Assembly (NCBI RefSeq): GCF_001194135.2
Contig: NC_068994.1
Coordinates: 17,998,879-18,062,878, forward strand
Direction: 5' to 3'
Length of the DNA: 64,000 nt
Origin: Octopus bimaculoides
Lineage: Eukaryota
Under the pieces are notes generated by a model. That model saw only the letters and a program-made list of their open reading frames with translations. It was not told the DNA's origin and searched no databases. Every line of letters starts with the position of its first letter. The stretch's first letter is position 1. Positions 24,151 through 37,712 of this stretch are shown here, piece after piece. Position numbers and translations under genes: made by a program.

Positions 24151-24347
24151 TTTAATAATGTGTCAACATCGAATTGACTTTCAGATGGGTTCAGGCCATT
24201 CAGCTTTGTATTTAATTCTCCGTTGATGTAAGTAATTGCTAGCTCAATTGATCTTTCTCGTTCATTCTCTTCTATCTCAATTTCAGAGACTTTGGACATG
24301 TTCCAGATCTGGCTATTGAAACTACTTGTCATTACTGATGTAACAAG
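24151..24347 (-). CDS. Internal coding exon of an unidentified host gene (LVTSVMTSSFNSQIW...FDVDTLLK)
   Basis: Polypyrimidine tract + CAG acceptor (tttttgttatcag|CTT); GTAAGT donor; 197 nt open, phase 0 in, phase 2 out; joins the next exon in frame. Confidence 0.8.
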
Positions 24348-24514
24348 CTGATAACAAAAACAAAAAAAAAACGTTTGTAAGTGGTCACTGAAGTAGAATA
24401 TTATCATGTGGAAATGGTAAACACAGCAAACCTACGAAAATGACATTGCTTCCCAAATTCTTTGTGTTCAAGGTAACTCAAGAAAAATAATGTCCATTTG
24501 TGCAGAAACCAATC

Positions 24515-24925
24515 TTTTTCTTCTTTCAGTCATAAGACTGTGACCACCCTGGGGTACTACTTTGAAGGATTTTAGTCAAATGAATTAGCCCCAGTACTTA
24601 GTTATTCTTCTTTTTAAGTCTGGTACTGATTCCACTGGTTTCTTTTGCCAAACCACTAAGTTACAGGGGTGTAAACACACAAACACTGTTTATCAAGCGG
24701 TTGCTGACAGAGAAACACAGACAGAAATATGCATACACACACACACACACACACACACATATTTCAGGCTTCTTTCAGTTTCCATCTATCAAATCCACTC
24801 ACCAGGCTTTGGTCAGCCCAAGGGTGTAGTAGAAGACACTTGCTCAATGTGTCATACAGTGGGACTGAACCCAGAACCATGTGGTTGGGAAGCAAGTTTC
24901 TTACCACATAGCTCTACCTGTACCT
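24515..24925 (-). mobile_element. SINE family B
   Basis: Reverse match to B consensus; internal (CA)n. Confidence 0.85.
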
Positions 24926-25027
24926 CTGTACAGCCAGGCCTGCACCTATGACCAAAACTTCTTCCATCCAGTCTCAAAAGAGGCCGACCAAATAAGTACA
25001 AGGCTTAAAAAATACATATATAATAGG

Positions 25028-25192
25028 TGCAGGTATGGCTGTGTGGTAACAAGGTTGCTTCCCAACTATATGGTTCTGGGGTCAATCCCACTGCATGGTA
25101 CCTTGAACAAGTGTCTTCTACTATAGCTTCGGGCTGACCAAAGCCTTGTGAGTGGATTTGGTAGGCAGATACTGAAAGAAGAGTGTGTGTGT

Positions 25193-25287
<95 letters not shown>

Positions 25288-25485
25288 TCTACCCACCATC
25301 ACTTGACAACTGATATTGGCGTGTTTACATCCCCATAACCTAGTAGTTCAGCAAAAGAGACCAATAGGTTAAGTACTAGGCTTACAAAGAATAAGTCCTG
25401 GAGTCGATTTCTTTGACTAAGAAAGAAAACCCTCAAAGGCAGTGCTCCAGTATGACCACATTCAGATGACTGAAACAAGTAAAAG
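25028..25485 (+). mobile_element. SINE family B with long internal (TG)n
   Basis: Head ggtgcaggtatggctgtgtggtaa; tail gaaacaagtaaaagg. Confidence 0.85.
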
Positions 25486-25694
25486 GAAAATGCATGTATG
25501 CAGCAGTGCCCTGGATAATGGAAAATTTAATTTTTCCATTGATTTTCATGTTATGAAAGGATAGTGTATTTCAGAAAATTTTTTGGAAAACAACAACAGA
25601 ACAATTTTTGGTATGAAAATAATTTCTGAACATACATAGTACAATATGTATACATGAAAGCATTTGAAAAGAAATACATTAGGAAATGAATATT

Positions 25695-25825
25695 CAAATT
25701 CTGCCAAGGTCGACTTTGCCTTTCATCCTTTCGGGGTCGATAAATTAAGTACCAGTTGTGTACAGTCTAATCGACTGCCCCCACTCCCCCAAAATTTTGG
25801 CCCTTGTGCCTAGAGTAGAAAAGAA
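25695..25825 (+). mobile_element. SINE family C, 5'-truncated
   Basis: aaattctgccaaggtcgactttgcctttcatcctttcggggtcg. Confidence 0.75.
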
Positions 25826-26204
25826 TATTGTAGTAGGGTATGTTCTTCCTGCAAGAGATGCTAACTACTGTGTGGAGAATGATGGTTGTAGTGGTGGTGG
25901 AAAGAGTTACTTGGAGGATAGGGGACACTACTTTTTTTATCTTATAGTTTATCATCATCAACATCTTACTTGAGGAGTGAAGAACTTATTCAAAATTATT
26001 TGATGATTATGGTGCATTATCGCTTTGTACACTCATGTAGCAACTGAGCTCATTGTAAACCCCATTTGTAATTTTTATGTTATATTCACAATTTAGGTTG
26101 TTATTAGCAAAAACTTGCAGACCTTCTTCTATAAGTGCCAATTGATAGAATAAGTACCAGGTTTAAAAACAAAAATACTGGATTAAAATGATGATGATGA
26201 ATCA

Positions 26205-26605
26205 TCTTTTACTTATATTTGTTACAGTTATTAGACTGCAGCCATGCTGGGGCACTGCCTTGAAGAATTTTTAGTCAAATGAATTGACCCCAGGACTTAG
26301 TTATTTTTCCTTTTTAAGCCTGGTACTTATTTTATTGAACTTTTTTGCCAAACCACTAATTTACAGAGATGTAGATATACCAACACTGGTTGTCAAGCAG
26401 TGATAGAGAACAAACAGACACAAAGACACATACATATATACGATAGGCTTCCCTTCAGTTTTTGTTTACCAAATCTACTCACAAGGCTTTGGTTGACCTG
26501 AGGCTATAGTAAGAGACACTTTCTCAAGGTGCCATGCTGTGGGAACAAACCTGGAACCATATAGCTGAGAAGCAAGCTTCCTATCACTCAACCACTCTTG
26601 CGGCT
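26205..26605 (-). mobile_element. SINE family B
   Basis: Reverse match to B consensus. Confidence 0.8.
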
Positions 26606-27061
26606 AAATTAAGAAAGGTAAAAGTGAAATGGCTGACTGGGTAAGCTACAAGACATCTGACTCTCAAGTCATAAGTTGTTATCTCATAACAGGTTTTGAA
26701 GTTGAATACTTAGTCCCACTTGCTAAAGCTTCTTGACTATTTTAAGAAATCTTTATTTCAAGTTGAAGATAATTAAACTTTGTGTAGTTAGTTGGCATTG
26801 TCTTAAGGAAAAAAGAAAATTTACCATCCATCAAATATTGCATTTTTTTTATTTCTTGACAGGAAAATTAACTTAAGAATGCTTATTGATTATTATTATT
26901 TCTTTTTTTTTTTTTGTAAAAAAAAAAAAATCATAGAATACTGCAGTTTTTGTACTGTTGTTCATTCTTTGTTTTCTCATTTTTCAAAGATTATTTGGCA
27001 AATTCTATGCAAAGCAGCAAAAAAATAATGTAAGGTAATTAGAACAGCAGAAAAAGAGCGG

Positions 27062-27330
27062 CACAGGCACAGGTGTAGCTGTGTCATAAGAAGTTTGCTT
27101 CCCAACAACACGGTTCCAGGTTCAGTTCCACAGTATGGCACCTTGCACAAGCTGTGAGTAGATTTGGTAGACAGAAACTGAAAGAAATTCATTGTGTGTG
27201 TCGATGTGTGTGTCGATGTGTGTGTGTGTGTGTGTGTCTGCACCACTGCTTGGCAACCAGTGTTGGTTTGTTTACTGCCCTGTAACTTAACAGTTTGGCA
27301 AAAAGAGCCTGATAGGTCAAGTACCAGGCT
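27062..27330 (+). mobile_element. SINE family B, partial
   Basis: Head and internal (TG)n. Confidence 0.75.
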
Positions 27331-27989
27331 TGGAAACTGGTTAAGTATATAAATATTAATGTAAATAAATCTTATGCACTCTCTGTCTCTACAGTTTCAA
27401 GCTTTTCCTTTATTTCCTGTACACATACACACACATCATCCTCATTTAACGTCTGCTTTCCATGCTTGCATGTGTTGGCTGGTCAATTTGTTCGACTAAA
27501 CCCTTCAAGGTGATGCCCTAGCATGGCCACAGCATGACTGAAACAAGTAAAAGATAAATAAAATAGATTTCTTAACTAAGAAGTGAGATATTTATCAAGT
27601 TCATATTTCTGCAGTTGTTATCCATAACTGAGGAGTTACATACTTGTAATGCATCTAATATATAATCATTGTCTAAATTTCAGTGTTGGAATGATAAATA
27701 TTCAGCTTTCACTTCTGATTATCTAGAAAAGCATAGTAATTTCTCACAGCAATATATTGTTTAAAATATGCTAATTTCCATGCCAACTCAATACAAAGCT
27801 GCATATCTAATTAGAGATTCTCTCCTCATCACTACTGTAAGAAGTATGATGACATCCATGCTTACAGAGGAAGTTAGAAGAAAAGCTAAAACATGTTTTC
27901 CATACTTGCCAAGATAATTAAAATATTAGCTTCTGGTTAAGTTCTGTGCTTCTGACAAGTTGCTGTGCTTGAGAAGACACATCAAGTAA

Positions 27990-28530
27990 GGTGGTTGTGG
28001 CCAGTGCTGGTGACATGTGAAAGTCCCCTGTGCTGGTGACACATAAAAAGCACCCCTGCCAATGACACGTAAAAGACACCCAGTAAACTCTGTGACATGA
28101 TTGACATTAGGAAGGGCATTGAGCTGTAGACTGGAGCAGCTCTCCAGTTTACCATCTCCAGTCAAACCATCTAACCCATGCCAGCATGGAAAATGGATGT
28201 TAGATGATGATGATGATTAGTCTCTGACTAATACTGTCTTTTCCTCACTACATAAACATTTTTTTTAATGCTCACTGCATTTATATATATGTATGTCCCT
28301 AATCTTGCAGGCTTATAGGTGCTGGTGCCACATAAAAAGTGCCCATGCCAGTGTCACATAAAAGCATCCAGTACACTCTGTAAAGTGGCTGGCGTTAGGA
28401 AAGGCATCCAGCTATAGAAACCATGCCAAAACAGACAGGGAGTCTGAACAGCCCTTCAGCTGGTCAGGTCCTGTCAAACCATCCAACCCATGCAAGCATG
28501 GAAAACAGACGTTAAATGAGGATGATGTGT
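27990..28530 (+). mobile_element. Two family F retroposon 3' fragments
   Basis: Each has ttaggaagggcat...gcatggaaaa...gtta(g/a)atga(t/g)gatg. Confidence 0.7.
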
Positions 28531-28829
28531 GTGTATGTGTATTGTGTGTGAGTGTACAGGAAAAAAAAAAAAAGCTTGAAAATGTAGACAGAGAGTGCAT
28601 AAGATTTATTTACATTAATATTTATATACTTAACCAGTTTCCACATTTGATGATTTTCAAAAGTGTATGATTCAAAGGATGCAGAGCTGTATCACAAACT
28701 GTATCATTTCAAGCCATTGTTTTAAAATTTGTTTGATTTTGCAGAAAGAATGTGGCTCAGATGAATGTTATCAATTAACATACGGATTGATTGGTTGAGG
28801 ATGGTCACACAATGAGGCATGAGTGTGGA

Positions 28830-29000
28830 GACATTGCTGTTCTGTTAAGAAATTTGCTTCCCAACCACATGGTTCTGGGTTCATTCCCACCACATAGCCC
28901 TTTGGGCAAGTATCTTCTATTATAACCTTGGGTCAACCAAAGCCTTGTGAATGGATTTGATAGATGGAAACTGTGTGTGTGCGTGTGTGTGTGTGTGTGT
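28830..29000 (+). mobile_element. SINE family B head
   Basis: cttcccaaccacatggttctgggttc. Confidence 0.75.
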
Positions 29001-29244
29001 GTATTTTTTGCATTTCTTTGTCTTGACATTGCAGGATTGCTATAAGATGAATGTTGTTCATTTCTAATATTCTGTGTAAATATGTCTGGCCACTGGAGGA
29101 TATTACCTTACTTAGAAATAGGTAACAGGAAGGGCATCCAACAAGAGAAAATCTGGCTCAATAAACTCTGTGCAACCCATACAAGCATGGCAGATCAGAT
29201 GTTAAAAGATTATGATGATGATGATGATGAAACATACACACACA

Positions 29245-29470
29245 CGAGCTGGCAGAAATGTTAGCACGCCGGGCAAAATGCTTAGCAGTATTTCGTCTGC
29301 CGTTGCGTTCTGAGTTCAAAATCCACCGAGGTCGACTTTGCCTTTCATCCTTTTGGGGTCGATAAATTAAGTACCAGTTACGCACTGGGGTCGATGTTAT
29401 CGACTTAATCCCTTTGTCTGTCCTTGTTTGTCCTCTCTATGTTTAGCCCCTTGTGGGTAATAAAGAAATA
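29245..29470 (+). mobile_element. SINE family C (well preserved)
   Basis: gagctggcagaaatgttagcacgccgggcaaaatgcttagc; CpGs retained. Confidence 0.85.
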
Positions 29471-29474
29471 AGAA

Positions 29475-29511
<37 letters not shown>

Positions 29512-32014
29512 TTTATTTAGGACTACTGAGCCTCTGTTGGATTTGTAACACTTTTCTTCAACCCCTTTAATCCTCTATATCATTTGTATTCTGTGTAAGT
29601 CGGACCTTTTTGTATGCAAGCATATATACATTTTTTAGTATTTCATGTATTAATATAGTAAAACTTTAATATATTGATCTGTCTGACTTACTTATCCCTA
29701 CATTTATTTCTATATCTCTATTTAAAAGAACACTGTAATTCACTTGAAGCTTTGTAATACAGAAGTACAAAATGAAGGAAAAGAGAAATAAGGAAAGCTT
29801 TTTGTAAAACTTTCTAAATTTTCAATAAAAGAGGATTGTTATTTAACCCCAGGTCAGCTTTGATCAAGCACACCTATGATAAAAAGGTTCCATTCACGAT
29901 TATCTGTTCTTTTAGTTTCAGGCAATGTATCTAATACTATATTATCTGTGCACTTTTGCTAATGACAGAAGGTTTTTGGAAGACAATTTAGCTGTTATTT
30001 CTAGTCAATCAAATGACCTTGTAGAGGCTGCCTCATTGGTTCAAATATGAGAAAGTTTATCAGTCAGGTGAACAACTTTTTATTGATGATATTTATGATA
30101 TCTAGGATGCTACTGCTGAAAGGAAGAAAATTGTGTCATCTCAGATATAAGATGATAGTATTCCTCTGCAGGAGATATCTGAATCTGGCAGAGTGCCAGT
30201 AATTGTTTAAGTTATGATGCAGATGCATATCTATATGCAGATGTGTGTGCATATGCATGTAGGTAGGTATGATTGTACATGTACATCATAGAAACGTCTT
30301 AGAAACTTAAATGTTATGTAATGTGACAAAGTGCTAAGAATGATTCAGTTTTAGATGTTACACAAAAAGATTCAGGATAGAAATTTCAGCAATTTTCAAA
30401 ATTTTATTTAGAAATGTGTTTGTTTTAGGGGGGGGCAGGAAGGAGAAAGGGGCAGAGATACAGAGCTAATATTCTGAAAAAGATAGTGAGATAGATAAAT
30501 GAATTAGTTTAGATTTATTTTCCTAGATCTTATCTTCATCTTCCTTGAAGGGTTTCTTCTGATTATCCCTGATAATAATTGTCAAGATAAATACAGTTAT
30601 AGTTAGATATATAAAGTAAAAATACTGACGAAAATGATTTCAAAATGTTGACAACTAAATTATTCTTTTTAACACTAATGTTTACGATCACAAAGAATAA
30701 TGACTTGTTTTTAATTATTTAATCTTTTTTCATTTGGAAAACTTAACTATGAAGGACTGTTTTTTTTTTTTTCTGTTTTAATTACATATAAAAATCTGAA
30801 CAAGAGTCACTCTTCCTTATAATTACTGTTGTGTGTGTTACTTAAAATCTCCAAATAAATCAACACACACTATATGTCACTGATAACTGAGAATGAAGAG
30901 AGCTCTTTTAGTAGTAGAAAATTTTGTCTAGAAATAATACAAGTTCTACAAAATTTATGAAAGACTTTTAGGGAAGCCCCCCCACTTAGATATTATGGCA
31001 GGATAGTTTATATTGCCTATCTTCAAGAACAAGCTGTCCATTTGTTTCCTTGTTTTTCAGCATGTATAAGCACAGTAAGAGAAGTGTTTAAACAAATCTT
31101 TTCTGAATCAGGAGGGGCCATGAATTATAGGAAGAATTCCTGAAGACAAACCATACTGACATTGTAACTGTTAAGTTGTTGTTATAAGACAAAAAAAATA
31201 AAAAGAAATGAAAGAAAGAAAAAGAAATTAGAAGTGAATATTTTTACAAGCAACAGCTTTCTGATACACAGTTTTCAGTGTGTGGGACCTGTTGAAAGCG
31301 AAATATTTGTCTCTTCACAAATAAAGTACAACATTAAAAACAGTTTATGTATGAGGTTTGCATCCTGAAGACAAGCTAAGTTGTCAAAAGATGATAAAAT
31401 GTTTTCCAAGCAACCAGAGAGATAATTGTATAGAATAACTATCAACTATTAACCTGTTTCAAAACTTTTCCCTGTATAAACAAACACCTTCAAAGAAAAA
31501 GTGAAAGAAAATTGTTCCAAATGAAATAGCTCTATGTTTATTTAATGAACACACACACACACACACATTGTGGAATTTCAGATTTTTCATTCCAAGAAGT
31601 TAAATTTCCTCTCTGATAAACACAGCCAATGCAAGGTTGTAAAAAAATTACTCAGGGATGCCTTTTGCATAAAGAACATTTAGTAAGTGTGGCTTAACTT
31701 ATTCTTCACTGCAAGTCTCCACTTAATTTTTTTAATGAATATAAATTTCAGAGATCCCTACTTTCCTTCCTTGGCAAGAATTATCATTAACATTGACTTT
31801 TCTTCTCATTACAGATATAATTTCAATTGATTAAAAATTATTTTGGCCTTATCCAGTATACTGGCCTGCACTTAATGATTTAGTATTGAATGTAGAAGTA
31901 AAAATAAACACAAAAGAGACAAATATAAACTTAAGAAAAGTGAAGTTATAAATTATTGAAATGTTCGTATTGATTTCTCTAATATTTAATATTTCAAGAA
32001 CAAACAAGGCAGTG

Positions 32015-32420
32015 AACTCACAGAATTGTTAGCATGCTGGGCAAAATGCTTAGCGGCATTTCACTTGTCTTTACATTCTGAGTTCAAATTCTGCTGAGGT
32101 TGACTTTGCCTTTCATTCTTTTGGGATCAATAAAATAAATACCAGTTGAGAACTGGGGGCGATGTAATCGACTTTCCCCCTCGCCTGAAACTGCTAGCCT
32201 TGTGTCAAAATTTGAAACCCGTATTTCAAGAACAATGGATTGGCAGAAAGCTAAAGTATTGGATAAAATGCTTTGCATTCTTAGTTCAAATCCCACTAAG
32301 TCCAACCTTGCATTTCGTTCCTTTAGGGTTGACAAAATAAAGTATCAGGCAAGTACCTAACGTTGGTCTAATCAACTAGGCCTTCTCCTCAAAGTTGCTA
32401 GCCTTGCACCTCAATAAAAA
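32015..32420 (+). mobile_element. Two tandem SINE family C copies
   Basis: Family C body occurs twice consecutively. Confidence 0.75.
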
Positions 32421-32462
32421 AACAATACTTAATATTTCATACTGACTTTCATATTTATAGTT

Positions 32463-32625
32463 GCAGGCATGGCTGTGTGGCAGGAAGGTTGCTTCCCAAC
32501 CTCATAGTTCCAGATTCAGTCCCACTGTGTGGCACCTTGGGCAAATGCCTTCTACTATAGGCCTGAGCTGACCAAAGCCTTGTGAGTAGATTTGGTAGAA
32601 AGAAACTGAAAGAAGCCCGTCATAT
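32463..32625 (+). mobile_element. SINE family B head followed by (TA)n
   Basis: gcaggcatggctgtgtggcaggaagg. Confidence 0.75.
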
Positions 32626-32628
32626 CTA

Positions 32629-32696
<68 letters not shown>

Positions 32697-32700
<4 letters not shown>

Positions 32701-33200
32701 GCTGAGTAAAAAGTAAGCAATGTTTTGAAACATGAAATTTATCACAATATATTTCAACAATGTGGAAATTTTATTCATCAAAGTAAGTACCATTATGGAG
32801 GTGCAATAGCCCAGTGGTTATGGTAGCGGACACACAGTCGGAGGATCACAGTTTCGATTCCCAGACCGGGTGTTGTGTGTGTTTATCGAGCAAAAACACC
32901 TAAAGCTCCACAAGGCTCTGTTGTACTCTTTTGCCCCAACTTTCTCTCACTGTTTCTTGAGTAATGCTACGATGGACTGACGTCCCGTCCAGCTGAGGGA
33001 ACACATACACCATAGAAACTGGGAAACCAGGCCCATGATCCTGGCTAGGCTTTAAAAGGGCATATAAAAAATAAAATAAAATAAGTACCATTACAATCAG
33101 CACATTTTTGCTGAGTTACAAGCTTGTTTATTCTGGTAACATAAAAATCTGGAGTTCTGGAGCTGATAACTCTTTGAATGCATTTTCAAAATTGGTTTCA
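32697..33200 (+). mobile_element. Mariner-like terminus interrupted by a SINE
   Basis: TATTAGGCTGAGTAAAAAGTAAGC after a TA array resembles a mariner TIR. Confidence 0.45.
32796..33081 (+). mobile_element. SINE family A
   Basis: 12-bp TSD taagtaccatta at 32784-32795 and 33082-33093; A-rich tail. Confidence 0.9.
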
Positions 33201-33249
33201 TTTTTGAACTCCTTCTCTCTTCTATCTTCACCTTCATTTTCCATAGCCA

Positions 33250-33700
33250 GGCTATTTCATACTTAAGAGGGCTGTATTTATCTATCTATCTTTTCACCTA
33301 CCTTCTTGACTATTCATGGATCAAAGGGGCATACAACATCAACTATATAGCATATGTAGTGCACCTTGTCCACCACCACTAGGTCCGATCTGTTATGCTC
33401 TAGTACCTGATCTGTTTGGATTGGGAAATCCCAGAGGATTTTGCTAGTCTCCAACTCCGCCACTCTCTGTGATTTGTGCTCATACCACATCTTGCCTCTC
33501 TCTAGCCACCACTTTTCGCAGTTTCCACTGGAGCACTTTCACTTACATGGTCATGTTGCTATACCTTGTAGTGGTTTTGGGCATGTCTAGGGCATTCGTC
33601 TGTGATATGGACAATGGTTTATTCACCCTATTGCAGATGCAACACAGCAGAATTCCTTTCATCAGCCAATCCCACCTATTTTTTCCAGCAACTTCTGTTG
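33250..33700 (-). mobile_element. R4/Dong-like LINE, zinc knuckle and RLE endonuclease remnant
   Basis: Across frames CxxC..ETIVHITNECP..HDHV and ILWDFPIQTDQVLEHNRSDLVVVD. Confidence 0.7.
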
Positions 33701-34014
33701 TAGCTACATGGAATTGATTATTATTATCATTGAGTGACAGAGCAGTGCATGCCATCAAAGTGTCACTGGGGTACAGATATATGAAGTCCGATATACCCAT
33801 CATGACTACCCATCTGATAAGGGTACACCAAGCACATGCATCACAACCATACATGCATGAAATGGTGATCTCATATCAAGAAAAATAGTGCACAACCTTG
33901 CAGGTGGAGCCCAGTTAGAATTTTCTTCAGGCTGAGTAGCCCATCCCACTTGAAAGTTCTCTGAATAAGGTTTTTTTAAGGATGATGAACAAAACACCCA
34001 TGTTTCCAGAGGTG

Positions 34015-34270
34015 AATTATTCACACTCCAAAGAATTCTGCTCAACATATGGTTATGATGCTCCCTGCTGCTTCTGCTAGTGATCAGAGATTCACACATC
34101 GTCAGCCACTAAGGCACATGCTCAACTGGTTACGGTCAAACAACTGACAAGCAAATCTGTGGTACTAAGCAGAATACTTGCTGTAGCCCATCTTTTACAC
34201 CAAGACAAAAATATGATAACACTTCCAATCAGTTAAGATCCAAAGCCATGAGAGCCACTGCCTAGTACTA
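34015..34270. mobile_element. MITE-like repeat related to 43415-43728
   Basis: Reverse-complement similarity (ggtcaaacaactgacaagcaaatctgtggta). Confidence 0.7.
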
Positions 34271-35145
34271 CATCAGGGCATTATTATATTATTATTTTTG
34301 TTTTTATCTCAGGTTTTGGTGGAACCCCTGGAGTCTTGCATGCATAGCAGGCTTACTGCCTGCCATCTACAGTACCATACTATCTGTTCTTTTCAACTAT
34401 CTAATACTTTCCTGATTATTCTGGCCATGCCATTATTATTATTATGATTATTATTATTATTATTATTTATTAAGGGCTCTTGGAAAAGAAAAATTATCAA
34501 ATCTTGAAACACAAATACTTCAATAAAAATCTGTTCAAGCTATATTATTGAAATATTTCTCCTAATTCTAAGCAAGTATTACAGGCTTATTGTACAGACA
34601 AGTATTACAGTGCTTAGTCAAGGCAATAGGAACCATTCTTCTGCGAATCATAAGGTGAATACTAGATCTTCAGTGGTTGATGTCCAACAGGTCTTCAGAA
34701 CTAATTCCTTCCATCAATATTTACATGGACATAAAAAAGGAATTAGTTTACTCAAATCAGTACTATGAACTATTTTCTCTTTATAAGAATAGTCTAACTT
34801 CATAAAATGTTTCATTTTAGCTTAATTTATTTACCTCAAGTTATGCAATGCTGATGATTCCAAAGAAGGACAAAATAACAATAAGTGGATACAACTAGAA
34901 ACTCTAAGATTTTTATAATGTGTAGGAAAATAAATATTACATGTGTATATTCTGTACACCTTTATTTTTTGATTTCAATTTCTAACTTCCAAACCCACTT
35001 CAACATAAACTTATCTAGAATGGATTGTCTCCATTATGATAGTTGACCATCAGGGGTATATTGTGTGTTAAGAAAAAAAAAGAATTTTGAAATATTTATA
35101 GCATTTGTCCACATAAGTAAAATAAAAAGAAAATAGTCTCTTTTA

Positions 35146-35480
35146 TCTTCTTATATAAAATACACCTCTGTGTGTGTGTGTATTTGCTTTACACATGAAA
35201 ACAGCTACATGAATTGCTTCCATACTTGGGATGTATGAATAATTTGACCTTGGATACATGATAGGGTCTTCAGTTTGTTTTTTTATTAAAAATAAATAAT
35301 ATTGCTTTATATAAATGATTCACTTCTTTAAAAAGGGTTCTCAAAGTCAACTTCCAGTATTGACATAGCAATGGCAAAATTTCTGTTTTCATTTGCAAAG
35401 TCTCTCACTCTCAATTTTGATGTTTTCATTTCAAGTTTTAATTCACTATTTACAAACAACTACGATAAATTACTGAAAGA
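35146..35480 (+). mobile_element. Helitron 5' region
   Basis: A|TC start; similar to 3819-4150; Helitron Rep remnants downstream on the same strand. Confidence 0.6.
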
Positions 35481-35591
35481 AATATTTACTAAGTTCACAA
35501 ATTTAAATATTTGGTACAAGGGTTAATTATTTATACAATTTTTTCATTTCATGTTTATTTCATTCATTGTTTGCAATGTTCTCTCCCCCCC

Positions 35592-35657
<66 letters not shown>

Positions 35658-35929
35658 TTTTTGTAAGTATGTTTGTATACATTTATGTATGCATGTGTAT
35701 TTGTGAGAGAGAGAGAGAGAGAGTCAGTCAGTTAAGGGGTGTGTTGTCATGTATACATACATACATAAGTACATATGCATTATTCATCTTTTTTGTATGT
35801 ATGAATGTATGTGTGCATGCGTGGGACATTCCACAATCACCATTTATTTCAATCACTCTTGTGAAGATATTCACATAACTTATTTTTTCATTTAATCTCC
35901 ATTTTAATTTTCAAAAATGTTTCCAAGAA

Positions 35930-37015
35930 CAATGTTCTCACACTCTACAAGAGGAGTCAGGGTAGTTGTAGATGATCAGTATCCTACAGTGAAGTAAAGA
36001 TAAGTACGGGTAGCCAGAGCCAATGTTGAATTCTGCAACTCTGTTAACACTATTAAGTATGTTTGCAAATATATAAACAATGGTTTAGATGATACAACAT
36101 ACACTCTTATGCAGAATGGTAGTCAGCAGATAAATAAAAATGACAAAGATGCACAGTATGACAGAGGAAGATATATCAGTACCAGTGAGGCTTTTTGGCA
36201 CCTCTTCAATTGTCCTATTCATGAGAGGCACCCAGCCATCATTCATCTGAGTGTCCATCCAGAGAATGGCCACAGGGTTATCTTTACAAAACAAACAGCT
36301 TTGCAAAAAGCACTTTCACCAAAAGAGACTACCCTTACTGCCTTTTTTAAGTTGTGTCAAGAAGATGCAAGAAAATTCCTTTACCCAAGTATTACACCTG
36401 GAGAAACAATAAATGGCACAAGAGGAAATGAGGGGCTGATGTTCTTGCAAGAGTTTACAGGATCACCCTAAGCCAAGCAGAATGCTACTATTTACAGCTC
36501 CTTTTGCATAAGGTGTGTGGTCCCAAATCATTCGAAGATTCGAGGAGGGTAAATGGTCATGTGTGTGAAACTTATAGGGAAGCATGCTATCAACAAGGTT
36601 TTTTTTTTTAGAAAATGATTAGCATTGGGACTTTGCATTGACTGAAGCATCAATATCAGATTCTCCAAGGGAACTTCGTAACCTTTTTGCAATTATACTG
36701 AATATGTGTCAACTTGGCAGTCTCCTACAGCTTTTGATGAAACATCGTGAGGACATGGCTGAGGATTTAAAGTATGCAGTTCAACAGGCAAACCCAAATA
36801 TCAATATTCAGTTCTCTGAAACAATTTTTAACCAAGTACTGATTGAAATTGAGGATCAAGTTTTGGCCATGGGAGGCAAAAATTTGCAAGAGTCTGCCTC
36901 TAGACTACCAAAATCAAACCATCAAATTAGTGATTTAACTTCAAGAGACATAGCAAGAGAGATAAATTATGACATCACATTTGTGAATGAACATGAAACT
37001 AAACTTCTTCCAGAA
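35930..37015 (+). pseudogene. Helitron Rep/helicase remnant
   Basis: NVEFCNSVNTIKYVCKYINNG, GRYISTSEAFWHLFNCPIHERHPAIIHLSVHPEN and SPRELRNLFAIIL are Helitron Rep-region motifs; stops and frameshifts. Confidence 0.9.
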
Positions 37016-37626
37016 CAATTTTTCGTTTTTTATTATTATTATTATTATTTTGTGTTATGAATTCAGAATTGATTTCCTAGTTGAAGAATAAATTGAATTT
37101 AGAATAACAGATTTCTATACGACATATTTTGCTTTTCACTTCCAATATATAAGGAACAACCTAATTCCCTGGGTAATGCCACATGCCTCTGCTAGTCAAT
37201 AAATTAACTATTAACATTTCATTTAACAGCTTCCTCACAACTGACTCTTCACATTTATTAGGAACACACACACACATTAATTTATAGTTAAATAAAAAAA
37301 ACCTAATCACATATGAAGTTAATGTTCAGCTCAAATTGCCTCCAAAAGATTAAAGAAAAAAAACCTTCATCAAGCAAGGACGACATGAATCTAATTCAGC
37401 TGAACACCAGATAGACTGCTATCTATCTGCTATCTAGGTAGGCTAAACCTGAGATACCAGCTGTAAATGTAATTAAATTACGAGACAGAGCAAGAACTGC
37501 TTCATAGTGCCAAACTGTTGTCAACAGATAATTTGCTGGTGTCTTCTTTCAGGAATTTAACTAGAAAAGTTTGGAATTAGCAGGTAAATCTAAAGAAGAA
37601 TGTGCTGCAGTAATACACACACACAC

Positions 37627-37712
<86 letters not shown>

